Shown: piece after piece, positions 47,840 through 57,538 of the stretch
Numbering within the stretch: position 1 is the first letter of the stretch
Layout: each line of letters starts with the position of its first letter
DNA from: an uncultured delta proteobacterium
GTDB taxonomy: Bacteria > Desulfobacterota > WTBG01
Direction of reading: 5' to 3'
Length of the DNA: 64,000 nucleotides
Assembly: GCA_963793865.1 (NCBI GenBank)
Contig: CAWCBP010000006.1
Span: 96,001 to 160,000 of the forward strand
Notes under the pieces: model-generated
The model's input: the letters and a program-made list of their open reading frames with translations, nothing else
Databases searched by the model: none
What the model was told of the DNA's origin: nothing
Translations under genes and position numbers: made by a program

Positions 47840-49081
47840 GTGATTTATAAAGCTGTGCTTGTTTTATTGTTGGTTCTGACGGTATTTTGCACCTCCGGTT
47901 ATACCGCTGGTTTTCTTGTGTATAATCAGGATGCCGCATCAGCAGGGATGGGTGATGCTTTCACGGCTATTGCGGATAATCCTTCTGCGGTGTTTTATAA
48001 CCCCGCTGGTATTAATCAATTGGAAGGGACACAAATCAGATCTGGTTTTCAGGTGATAATTCCAGATACTTCGTTCAGAGGCGCTGACAGTGGGGAAAAA
48101 ACCGATATGCATGATAAAATCTCCACTCCTGTAACGGGGTATATCACTCACAAGGTAAATGATAAGATTAGCGTGGGAGGTGGTATTTTTACACCTTTCG
48201 GACTCGTGACTGAATGGCCAAGTCGCTGGGAAGGGGATGGAGTATCAACCTCTTCAGCATTGAGAACCTTTTTTATCAATCCCGCCATCTCCATACAGGT
48301 GCATCCACGCCTTTCTCTTGCCGCAGGGATTAACTATGTGTACTCTGATTTTAAGATAAGGCGTTCAATTAATCTGGACCAAATAACCGGGATACCTATC
48401 GGGCTGCCTTTGGGGAAAATAACATTGGACGGTTTTGACGATTCCTGGGGGTTTAATCTGGGAATGCTGTTTCATATTAATGAGACCTGGAGCCTGGGTC
48501 TTGCATATCGAAGCAAAGTTCATCTTGAATTTGATGGGCACGCACATTATCGAATGGCCCCCGTATTACGTAAATTATTTCCACCCACGGATATATCTCC
48601 TCGCATAGAACTTCCGCCATTGGTTTCAGCACAGATAGCTGCTGAGTTTGGTGGAAAGTGGACTTTAGCAACCGGTATTTTGTGGACCGGATGGTCAGTC
48701 TACGATGAGCTTACGCCAAAATTTAGAAATGACTTTCTTATTCCACCCAGTATGAAATCATCGCTGCAGGATTGGAGGGATGTCATGACATTTCATCTGG
48801 GGGCTAGATATCAATTAAATCATGCTTGGATCCTTAGAGGTGGTTACATGTTTGATCAGACCCCAGTACCTGAGAGAACCCTTGGGCCCATGGTTCCTGA
48901 TGCAGATGGTCACCTTTTTAGCTTAGGGGTTGGATACCAATATGACAATATCACCATCGATATGGCTAGCATGGTGCTATTTTTTAAAGACCGGCATACT
49001 CGAAGAAATATTGATGGATTAAATGGCGAATATACTTCCACGACCGTTACCTTGCTTGTAAGTCTCACCTATCGTTTCTAA
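47840..49081 (+). CDS. OmpP1/FadL family outer-membrane transporter for hydrophobic molecules
   Basis: AGF...Q......GMG.AF.A.ADNPSAVFYNPAG, PFGL, INP, VPDAD, terminal YRF. Confidence 0.93.
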   Translation: MIYKAVLVLLLVLTVFCTSGYTAGFLVYNQDAASAGMGDAFTAIADNPSAVFYNPAGINQLEGTQIRSGFQVIIPDTSFRGADSGEKTDMHDKISTPVTGYITHKVNDKISVGGGIFTPFGLVTEWPSRWEGDGVSTSSALRTFFINPAISIQVHPRLSLAAGINYVYSDFKIRRSINLDQITGIPIGLPLGKITLDGFDDSWGFNLGMLFHINETWSLGLAYRSKVHLEFDGHAHYRMAPVLRKLFPPTDISPRIELPPLVSAQIAAEFGGKWTLATGILWTGWSVYDELTPKFRNDFLIPPSMKSSLQDWRDVMTFHLGARYQLNHAWILRGGYMFDQTPVPERTLGPMVPDADGHLFSLGVGYQYDNITIDMASMVLFFKDRHTRRNIDGLNGEYTSTTVTLLVSLTYRF

Positions 49082-49257
49082 TCATAAGCATCTCTGTTTC
49101 AAAATCCCCATCAATTTTTTCATAAGGCTCAGCCGTACCCCCCCGCATATTGTTAAGCTAATCTTAAAACATGCTTTATAATGGGATAGATGCCTATATA
49201 TATTAAAATATGGCATTAGGTTTTTCCCATATATTATTACAATTACTGATTTTTTAT

Positions 49258-49285
49258 TTGACAAAAATTTTTTTATCCAGATAAT
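49258..49285 (+). promoter_or_regulatory. sigma70-type promoter for the mini-MerR/fabF operon
   Basis: TTGACA-16 bp-GATAAT in an AT-rich intergenic region. Confidence 0.55.
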
Positions 49286-49340
49286 ACCTTTAATAGGTCT
49301 TAGTGTAGTAATCTATGATTTATGTGCGGGGGATTTTCCA

Positions 49341-49535
49341 ATGGGATTTTCTACCAAAGTACTTCTTGAGAAGGTTGCGGTCTCTGAGGCCACATTAAGG
49401 AGATGGATTTTTGAAGCAAACCGTATACCGGAACTCGCTAATGTAAAAAGAGACTGGCGAGGATGGAGAATTTGGGAGGATAAGCATGTTGAAGCTATTA
49501 TGAATTATAAAAAGCACAAGATGAATGAAAGCTAG
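49341..49535 (+). CDS. small MerR-type winged-helix DNA-binding protein (64 aa)
   Basis: VSEATLRRW....RIP.....RDWRGWRIW; no effector domain. Confidence 0.8.
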   Translation: MGFSTKVLLEKVAVSEATLRRWIFEANRIPELANVKRDWRGWRIWEDKHVEAIMNYKKHKMNES

Positions 49536-49599
49536 AAATCATGATAGCATCTTTTAAATTCCTTTGATTCTGCTATCAATTGTTTTCGAAAGGGATACC

Positions 49600-50850
49600 A
49601 TGAAAAGAAGAGTCGTTATTACGGGTTTAGGGGTAATAGCATCTAACGGCATTGGAATAGATGCATTTTGGAGCTCTTTGAAGGAAGGCAAATCAGGCAT
49701 ATCTAAAATCAGCAAGTTTGATGCTTCGACATATTCCTGCCAAGTTGCCGGTGAGGTGAATAATTTTGAGCCGACTGACTACATGGATCCAAAAACTGCC
49801 AGACGTATGGATAGGTTTTCTCAATTTTCTCTTTCCTGTGTGAGAATGGCTATTGCAGATGCGAAAATAGATATGAATAAGATCGATTGTACAAAAACAG
49901 GAATTGTATCTGGCTCCGCTCTTGGTGGTTTACCTTATGCGGAATTTCAGCATGCGCTATTTTTAGAAAAAGGTTTAAAAAAAGTGGATCCTTTATTGGC
50001 AACAAAATTGTTTCCTGGTGAAGCTGCCTCACACATTTCAATTGAATTTAATATCAAAGGTCCGGTCTATACTGTATCAACTGCATGTGTGTCTGGTATT
50101 GATGCTATCGGGTTGGGTTTTTCACTAATTCAAAACGATACAATAGATATAGCTATTGTAGGAGGGGCAGAAGCACCGATAGCTCCTATGACTTTTGGTG
50201 CTTTTTGTAATGTAGGAGCATTGACTAGTGCAAACCAGAGTCCTCAAAAGGCTTGTAAACCATTTGATATTGAAAGAGATGGTTTTATCATGAGTGAAGG
50301 CGGAGGATATTTAATCATTGAAGAGATAGGTCATGCCTCAAGAAGAAATGCCCCGATTTATGCTGAATTGCTCGGGTATGGTGCTACTTCCGATGCATAC
50401 CATATGACCAGAAGTAGTCCCGATGGGGCTGAAGCGATAAGGGCCCTTAATGACGCAATGAGACAAGCTAATTTAGATTCCTCATCAATAGAATATATTA
50501 ATGCTCACGGATCGTCTACCCCACTGAATGATACTATGGAAACAATTATAATAAAAAAGGTTTTTAATGACTATGCTTATAAACTGCCAATCAGTTCTAC
50601 TAAGTCAATGACTGGCCATTCCCTCGGTGCAGCAGGTGCAATTGAAGTAATTGCATCTGTTTTAACTATGAAGCATAGGTTTATCCCACCTACGATTAAC
50701 TATATGCATCCAGATCCAGAATGCGATTTGGATTATGTGCCAAATAAAGGTATAGATAAACACGTGCGAACAATATTATCAAATTCGTTCGCTTTTGGTG
50801 CAAGAAATGCTGCAATAATAATAGGCGATCATAATGGCAATGGATATTAA
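49600..50850 (+). CDS. fabF: beta-ketoacyl-ACP synthase II-like ketosynthase
   Basis: RRVVITGLG, STAC (Cys), YINAHGSST.LND, KSMTGHSLGAAG, SNSFAFG. Confidence 0.9.
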   Translation: MKRRVVITGLGVIASNGIGIDAFWSSLKEGKSGISKISKFDASTYSCQVAGEVNNFEPTDYMDPKTARRMDRFSQFSLSCVRMAIADAKIDMNKIDCTKTGIVSGSALGGLPYAEFQHALFLEKGLKKVDPLLATKLFPGEAASHISIEFNIKGPVYTVSTACVSGIDAIGLGFSLIQNDTIDIAIVGGAEAPIAPMTFGAFCNVGALTSANQSPQKACKPFDIERDGFIMSEGGGYLIIEEIGHASRRNAPIYAELLGYGATSDAYHMTRSSPDGAEAIRALNDAMRQANLDSSSIEYINAHGSSTPLNDTMETIIIKKVFNDYAYKLPISSTKSMTGHSLGAAGAIEVIASVLTMKHRFIPPTINYMHPDPECDLDYVPNKGIDKHVRTILSNSFAFGARNAAIIIGDHNGNGY

Positions 50851-50869
50851 ATAAGAACTTGGGGAAAAT

Positions 50870-51850
50870 TTGAAAACATTAGTAACCGGTGGTACCGGAT
50901 TTATTGGAAGACATATAGTAAAAAGACTGGTAAATGAAGGCAGGTCAGTGAAATGCTTGGTAAGAAAAACTAGTGATACAAAGTGCCTTGAAGAACGTCA
51001 TGTTGAATTGATTTATGGCGATATAACTGATAAAGAATCTGTTGAAGAAGCAGTGAGAGATGTTAATTTAATATTCCATTTGGCAGCTGAAGTATATCCT
51101 AAAAGAAGCAAGAGCTATTTTGATACAAATGTAAATGGTACCCATTATCTAATGAATGCTTGCATAGATAAGAATATTAATAAGGTAGTCTATTTTAGTA
51201 GCACCGCTGTATTTGGACCTGCAAAAAATATAAATTTAAAGTTGGATGAGACATGTATTTGCAAGCCCATTTCTCCATATGGCAAAAGCAAATTAGAAGC
51301 TGAAAGGATATTGTTCCAGCATTACAAGGAATATGGAGTGCCAATTGCTGTATTAAGGCCACCTGTCGTTTATGGACCAGAACTATATGAATTTTCATTG
51401 GTATCTTTAATTTTGAAGGCAATTCTTAAAAAGAGATTTTTCATGGTTGGAAATGGTAATAATTGTATTTCTTTATGCTATATTGATAATTTGATTCATG
51501 CAGCGATGCTGGCTGCAACAATGAAAGAAGCAGATGGGGAAATATTTATAATAGCTGATGAAGAGAGTTTGACCTTCAAAGAGATTATTGATTCTATTTA
51601 TGGCGTCATAGGCATGAAAGAAGATTATGTGACAGTGCCAATATGGATTGCAAAGTCAGCAGCCTTTTTCTTATTCTTATTGACAGTTGTTGTTGACTAC
51701 CCCATACATATTTCCCCCAATACAATAAACGAATTTACAGGAGAATGGGGTACTAGCGTGTATAAAGCAAATAAGATTTTAAATTATAAACCTGTTGTAA
51801 ATTTTTATGAAGGAATAGAGAGAACAGTAAAAAACATAAGAAAGGTTTAG
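50870..51850 (+). CDS. extended SDR, NAD-dependent epimerase/dehydratase (3beta-HSD-like)
   Basis: LVTGGTGFIG, FHLAA, SST, YGKSK, LRPPVVYGP. Confidence 0.9.
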   Translation: MKTLVTGGTGFIGRHIVKRLVNEGRSVKCLVRKTSDTKCLEERHVELIYGDITDKESVEEAVRDVNLIFHLAAEVYPKRSKSYFDTNVNGTHYLMNACIDKNINKVVYFSSTAVFGPAKNINLKLDETCICKPISPYGKSKLEAERILFQHYKEYGVPIAVLRPPVVYGPELYEFSLVSLILKAILKKRFFMVGNGNNCISLCYIDNLIHAAMLAATMKEADGEIFIIADEESLTFKEIIDSIYGVIGMKEDYVTVPIWIAKSAAFFLFLLTVVVDYPIHISPNTINEFTGEWGTSVYKANKILNYKPVVNFYEGIERTVKNIRKV

Positions 51851-53455
51851 ATGAAAATAATAAATCTCAGTAATGCCCTCTTTGTTCTGATTGTTATTAT
51901 TTTGTTTGAGCGACTGTATGAGATTTTAACAATAAAGAAAATTAAACCAAAAAAAATTTATAACGCTTATACCACATGGTTTTTAACGTTATCTTATTTA
52001 TTATTAAATGCAATAGTACTTGTTGAATTTATAAACAAAAAAGAGGTGAGCATATTTTTATTAATCATTGGATTGGTAATTTATTTGATAAGTGTGATTT
52101 ATAGAAGAGATGCTATAGAAACATTGGGTATATATTTTAGGCCGGATGTTTCATTTATTACTAATCATCATTTATGCACATCTGGAATATATGCAACAGT
52201 CAGACATCCATATTATTTAGGATCGCTTTTAGAGGTAGTTGCGATACCAATTATCTTTAGCTCCGTGTGGGGTATATTGTTTTGTTTGTGCGTTAATATG
52301 CCCCTTTTATTTATGAGAATATTTATAGAGGAAAAAGCACTTATAGATTATTTTGGTAGTAAGTATCTGGAATATTCATGTAATGTGCCGCAGCTATTTA
52401 ATTTAAGAACTCAAATTAAAAACAATACTCAAGATATATATTCTCTGTTCTCTACCATAGGCATTAAAAATCTTAACGAACTTGCCTTGAGCAAAAAACA
52501 AAATACAAATCATGTTAGAGGTTACTTTGTTGCTAGTTGTATATGTGCTCTTCTTAAAATTGACTTTTTTGAAACACTTTATAGAGAAGGCAGTATTTTT
52601 ATTGATTCATTTTGCAAACAATGTGGTTATGACTTTTTTTCTTTAAGAGCCATTTGCGAATATTTAGTTGCTATGGCTGTGTTAGAAACCGACGGTAGTA
52701 ACATATATAGGATGAACAATTCTTTTCGTCTAACTCCCAGCACAGGTGCATATCATTTTATTAATGGATATGCGCCTATTTTTTCTAATCTTGAAGATGT
52801 GTTGCGAGGAAATAAAAAATATGGTGAAGAAATAGAGAGAGATATTAAATATGTTGCAATTGCTAGCGCAGAGACAGAGCAAATCGTTCCATATCCGTAT
52901 GCAAAAAAGTTGTTAAAAAAATGGAAGATTAATTCAATTTTAGATTTGGGTTGCGGTAATGCAGGTTTTTTATTGTTTGTTGCAGATGTGTTAACAGGAA
53001 AAAGCTATGGAATGGATATTTCAGGTATTGTTGTGAATGCAGCTCATGATAATATTGAAAAAAATAATCTGGGCACACGTCTTTCGGTTTTCCAGGGCGA
53101 CATCACAAAACTAAATAGTATAAACATAAAACCTGAAGCACTTACTGCATTATATATTTTACATGAGTTTGTAGAGCCAGAAGATGAAATTGGCAAATTG
53201 AGTGGGGTTCTGTTTAATTTAAAAAAGTGTTTTCCACAATCAAAATTATTGGTCATGGAAGGCTGCAAATATAGGACTAGTGTTTTAAGAGAAAACAAAA
53301 GTTTAATTGCTGAACATCATCTCTTTCATCAATTGTCACATCAAAATCTTTTATCATTTGATATGTGGGAAAGAGTTTTTTTAATGTCCGGTTATAAAAT
53401 CCTAGAAAAAATAGAATTGAAAATTGCAGGTCAGGGTTTTTTTGTACTAGGTTAA
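51851..53455 (+). CDS. fusion of an ICMT/PEMT-family membrane methyltransferase and a class I SAM-dependent methyltransferase
   Basis: N-terminal TMs with GIYATVRHPYYLG and EEKAL; C-terminal helical dimerisation-like region, ILDLGCGNA, GMDIS, QGDI, ILHEF. Confidence 0.85.
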   Translation: MKIINLSNALFVLIVIILFERLYEILTIKKIKPKKIYNAYTTWFLTLSYLLLNAIVLVEFINKKEVSIFLLIIGLVIYLISVIYRRDAIETLGIYFRPDVSFITNHHLCTSGIYATVRHPYYLGSLLEVVAIPIIFSSVWGILFCLCVNMPLLFMRIFIEEKALIDYFGSKYLEYSCNVPQLFNLRTQIKNNTQDIYSLFSTIGIKNLNELALSKKQNTNHVRGYFVASCICALLKIDFFETLYREGSIFIDSFCKQCGYDFFSLRAICEYLVAMAVLETDGSNIYRMNNSFRLTPSTGAYHFINGYAPIFSNLEDVLRGNKKYGEEIERDIKYVAIASAETEQIVPYPYAKKLLKKWKINSILDLGCGNAGFLLFVADVLTGKSYGMDISGIVVNAAHDNIEKNNLGTRLSVFQGDITKLNSINIKPEALTALYILHEFVEPEDEIGKLSGVLFNLKKCFPQSKLLVMEGCKYRTSVLRENKSLIAEHHLFHQLSHQNLLSFDMWERVFLMSGYKILEKIELKIAGQGFFVLG

Positions 53456-53461
53456 TACGCT

Positions 53462-55623
53462 ATGAATATTTTTACATTATCATCTTTTATCACAGCATTA
53501 CTAAGTTTGATTTTAGGGGTCTTTGTCTATTTGCAGAACAAACGTTCAGCAACAAATCGCTATTGGTTCTTTATGAGTCTGGCTGTTGCTTGCTGGAGTT
53601 TCGGCATTGCATTATTTTTTCTGCCGCCTGCAACTAAAGAACTTGCATACAAATGGCTTATCTTTCATGATATTGCGGCAGTATTTATACCAGTATTTTT
53701 TACTCATTTTATTTTTGCATTTACTGGGTCAACCAATGAACATCGAAAATATTTAAGCGTTTTGTATGCCCTAATAATTTCCTTCATTGTAATTACATTA
53801 TTTAAACCGAACTTATTTGCTATCGATATAGCGCCTAAGCTTAATTTCAAATTTTATCCCATCCCAGGACCATTATATTATTTCTTCGCGATTGTTTGGG
53901 GATATACTGTCGTATATTCGTTGGCCTTTATTATTGTCAAAATTAATAAGTTAACAGGATATAAGAAGAATAACCTTAAGTACGTTCTTTCTGGAGCCTG
54001 TATAGGTTTTAGTGGAGGTGCCACTACTTTTTTGCCAGTTTTTAATGTCAATATCCCTCCATTCGGAATGATTTTTGTTTCTATCTACACAGTTGTTATT
54101 TCGGCAGCAATATTAAAGCACCGGTTGATGGATATCAATATAGTCATCAAGAAGAGCGTAATTTACGCCTACGCATCTCTTGCTGCTTTTGATCCCTCTT
54201 TCAGGTTCAATTATACTTTTACAGCAAATCTTTTTTGAGACCATTCAGCTGGCCATTTTCAATTGCTATCTTCTGCGTTATGTTTATTGCAGCTTATTCT
54301 TTCCAGTTGCTGAAGATAAAGGCAGAAAGACAAGTAGAGCAGTATTTATTCAAGAACAAGTATGACTACAAGAAAACCATCAGTGATTTAAGCCGGGCGA
54401 TGGTTTCAATCCTCGACATTCACGAGCTTTGCAGGGAAATCATTACCACCACCACCGAAGCCATGCGGGTGAACAAGGCCTCCATTTTTGTTTTCGATGA
54501 GGAAGATGGCGGCTATAAGCTGTATGATTCCATAGGTATCAGTGATACGGACAGCATGCAACGTTATCCCAAGGATAATCCCCTCTTTCAGTGGCTTAGC
54601 GAACGAAATGAAATCGTCATACGTGAGGAACTGGAACGATACGGTACTGACCCCGCGGTGCTTTCTGTGACGGAAACGCTTAAGGCGATGGGATCGGAGC
54701 TGTGCCTGCCCCTGGTTACCAAGCAGAAGCTGATCGGTATCATTAACCTGGGAATGAAGGACAAGGGCGAGATGTATACCCATGAGGACCTGGAGTTGCT
54801 CGATACCATGGCCAACCAGGCCACCGTTGCCATAGAGAATGCCAGGCTGTACGAAGATCTTATCCGGGCAAAAGTTCAGATGCAGCGTGCGGACCGGCTT
54901 GCGGCCCTGGGTACCCTCACCGCCGGCCTGGCCCATGAAATACGCAATCCCCTGGTGGCCATTAAGACCTTCACCCAGCTCCTGCCCACCAGGTTTGATG
55001 ACAGTGAGTTTCGCGACCACTTCCTGCAGGTAACCGCCGGTGAGGTTGACCGCATTGCCTCGCTGGTGACCGAGCTGCTTGACTTTGCCCGGCCCTCGCA
55101 GCCCAAGTTAAACAGCGAGGACCTCAACCAGGTGGTGGAAAAGATGGCCCTGCTGGTTGATACCGAATCGCACAAAAAGAATATAAAAATACTCAAGGAC
55201 CTGTACGCCTCTCTGCCTTCGGTCACCCTGGACAAGGAGCAGATCAAGCAGGTGCTGCTCAATATTCTGCTCAATGCCGTTGACGCCACCCCGGAGAACG
55301 GCACCATCAGCGTGAGCACCAGGCCTGTCACCAGGAACGGCTACCTTGATTGTGTTCAGGTGGTAATAGCTGACACGGGGAAAGGGATTCCCGCAGAGGA
55401 TCTGGAAAAGGTGTTTACCCCGTTCTACACCACCAAGCACACCGGGAGCGGGCTTGGCCTTTCCATTTCCCACCAGATCGTTCAGGAGCACCAGGGAAAC
55501 ATCGAGGTTGAAAGCAAGCTGAACCAGGGCACCACCTTTCGCATAATCCTGCCGGTCAACCCGTCGGTTACACAAAAAGGAAGGCAGAGGAGAAGCAGCG
55601 ATGAAAAAAATGTTAGTCATTGA
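53462..55623 (+). pseudogene. 7TM-sensor/GAF histidine kinase; two +1 frameshifts at about 54180 and 54244 (probably assembly errors)
   Basis: HisKA_7TM-like N-terminus ending AILKHRLMDI; GAF; LAHEIRNPL, QVLLNILLNA, DTGKGI, FTPFYTTK, GSGLGL; removing one T at each site gives a continuous ORF. Confidence 0.88.
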
Positions 55624-57526
55624 TAACTCCCAGAGCGTGAGAGAATCACTGCGGATCATTTTCCAGGATGCCTTCCAGGTCAGGACCACCGATCCCTGGC
55701 AGGACGTGCTTTCCCTTCTGCGAGGCGAACAGGTCGATCTGATCATCATCGGCATTGACGGCCGGGTGGGGCAGGAGATTGATCTGCTGCGCGATATTAC
55801 CGCCTTCAATCCCCAGCTTCCGCTCCTGGCCCTGATTGATCAGGGTCAGCGGGAAAGCCTCGAAGGGCTTTCCTCCTCCTATGTGACCGACCTGATGACA
55901 AAACCCTTCAACGTGTTTGAGCTGCGTGAAAAGGTCAAAAAGATCCAGCAGCGCGGGTCGCTTTCCCCCTATGTGCGCTCGCCCCTCAAGATGAAGCATG
56001 TTTTTCAGCAGCAGAAGGTCTATTTCCCCGCCGCGGTCAGGCACCGGCTCTCAGAAGTGACATTGCGCAGCAAGACAACGGCACTCTTCCCGGTGCTGCT
56101 TCAGGGTGAGAAGGGTACGGGCAGGGAGATTGCCGCGAAGTGGCTCCACTTCAGGAGCCCGCACCTGGACCGGATGTTTTGCCGCCTCAACGCCGCCTCC
56201 CTGATGGAGGAAACGCTGCTCAATGCCTTTCTGATCAAGGAAAAGGGATGCTATAAACCGAAAAACCTGGGCACCCTGTATCTGGAGGAGGCGGGCAGCC
56301 TGCGCCTGGAAGTGCAGGAGCGGCTGATGGAGATCCTGGATGAAGGTTCCATCGTCACACCCGACGGAAGGGAGGTCGCGGTTACCTTCAGGGTGGTGGC
56401 CTCCACCTCCCAGGATTTACGGGAGCTGGTCTATAACCGGACGTTCAAGGAGGAGTTGTACTACAAGCTGAACGTGATAAACATTCAGCTTCCGCCCCTG
56501 CGCGAACGGCAGGAGGAGATTGCGGGCATGGCCCAGCAGATGCTGGAGGGCGCGGCCCAGAAATATGCCCTGCGGGTCAAGGGATTCAGCCCCGAAGCGC
56601 TGCAGGTGCTTAAGAACTACTACTGGCCGGGAAATGTGAAAGAGCTTGAGAGCGTGGTCATGCGGACGCTCATTTTCTCTTCGCAGGAGATGATCGCCGA
56701 GGGGGACCTACGCTTCGGAACTGAAGAAAGGACAGAGACGTCAGAAGTCGAGGAGGAAGCGCCTGAAGAGAAAAAGCCGGTCATGGAGGTAATCAAGACG
56801 GAGCGCAGGGGGGCCGAAAAGCCGCCGCTCCAGTTCCCCGCCCAGGGGGAGGATGCCTTCAAGGAGCTGGTGGCCGAGCTTGCCCACGAGATAAAGAATC
56901 CCCTGGTTGCCATCAAAACCTTTACCCAGCTTCTCTCCGAGCGCTTTGATGACAAGGAGTTCCGCGAGCAGTTTTACCGGACGGCGGGAGAGAACATTGA
57001 TCGCATCAACCAGCTGGTGGAAAAAATAATGGGCTCCGCCCGCTTTGCCCGCCCGCGGTTCACCCAGGTCAACCTTCATCATCTTCTGGAACAGCTGGTG
57101 GTGAAAACGGGGGACTCTTTTAACCGCAAACGGATTGTGTGCAGGACGACCTTCAACGAGAACCTTCCCCTGGTCATGACCGACGAGGAGCAGCTCTCGT
57201 ACAGCATCGGCAACATTCTCTCCGCGCTCGGCAATCTTGTGCCGGTTGAGAGCGAGATCCTGCTTTCCACGCGAACAGCCGGCGTGAATCCCGCGGAAAA
57301 AGTCCGCTACCCGCAGGAGCATCTGCCCAACGGATTTGTGGCCGAGCTGAGCATTGCCTATCCTGATACCGCGGAGAAGAAGCAGACCAGCTCCTACCAC
57401 AGTATTGAACTCTTTCTGGCCCAGCAGATTATCGGGAAGAACCTGGGGGTCATGGACATTGTTCCCTCCGAAGGGAAATCAACCATAATGGTTAAGCTCC
57501 CGGTTGCGGCGGGGAGTAAAAGTTAA
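55601..57526 (+). CDS. atypical regulator: degenerate receiver + degenerate sigma54 AAA+ + HisKA + degenerate HATPase
   Basis: LIIIGIDG (no phospho-Asp), GEKGTGRE, LYLEE, no GAFTGA loop, WPGNVKEL, LAHEIKNPL, no G1/F/G2 boxes. Confidence 0.85.
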   Translation: MKKMLVIDNSQSVRESLRIIFQDAFQVRTTDPWQDVLSLLRGEQVDLIIIGIDGRVGQEIDLLRDITAFNPQLPLLALIDQGQRESLEGLSSSYVTDLMTKPFNVFELREKVKKIQQRGSLSPYVRSPLKMKHVFQQQKVYFPAAVRHRLSEVTLRSKTTALFPVLLQGEKGTGREIAAKWLHFRSPHLDRMFCRLNAASLMEETLLNAFLIKEKGCYKPKNLGTLYLEEAGSLRLEVQERLMEILDEGSIVTPDGREVAVTFRVVASTSQDLRELVYNRTFKEELYYKLNVINIQLPPLRERQEEIAGMAQQMLEGAAQKYALRVKGFSPEALQVLKNYYWPGNVKELESVVMRTLIFSSQEMIAEGDLRFGTEERTETSEVEEEAPEEKKPVMEVIKTERRGAEKPPLQFPAQGEDAFKELVAELAHEIKNPLVAIKTFTQLLSERFDDKEFREQFYRTAGENIDRINQLVEKIMGSARFARPRFTQVNLHHLLEQLVVKTGDSFNRKRIVCRTTFNENLPLVMTDEEQLSYSIGNILSALGNLVPVESEILLSTRTAGVNPAEKVRYPQEHLPNGFVAELSIAYPDTAEKKQTSSYHSIELFLAQQIIGKNLGVMDIVPSEGKSTIMVKLPVAAGSKS

Positions 57527-57538
57527 GGATGCCGTCAC

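Noticed and set aside
47600..54350. Prophage or integrative element as the source of the AT-rich island
   Set aside because: No integrase, transposase, phage gene or flanking att repeat was seen, and the right edge lies within a gene.
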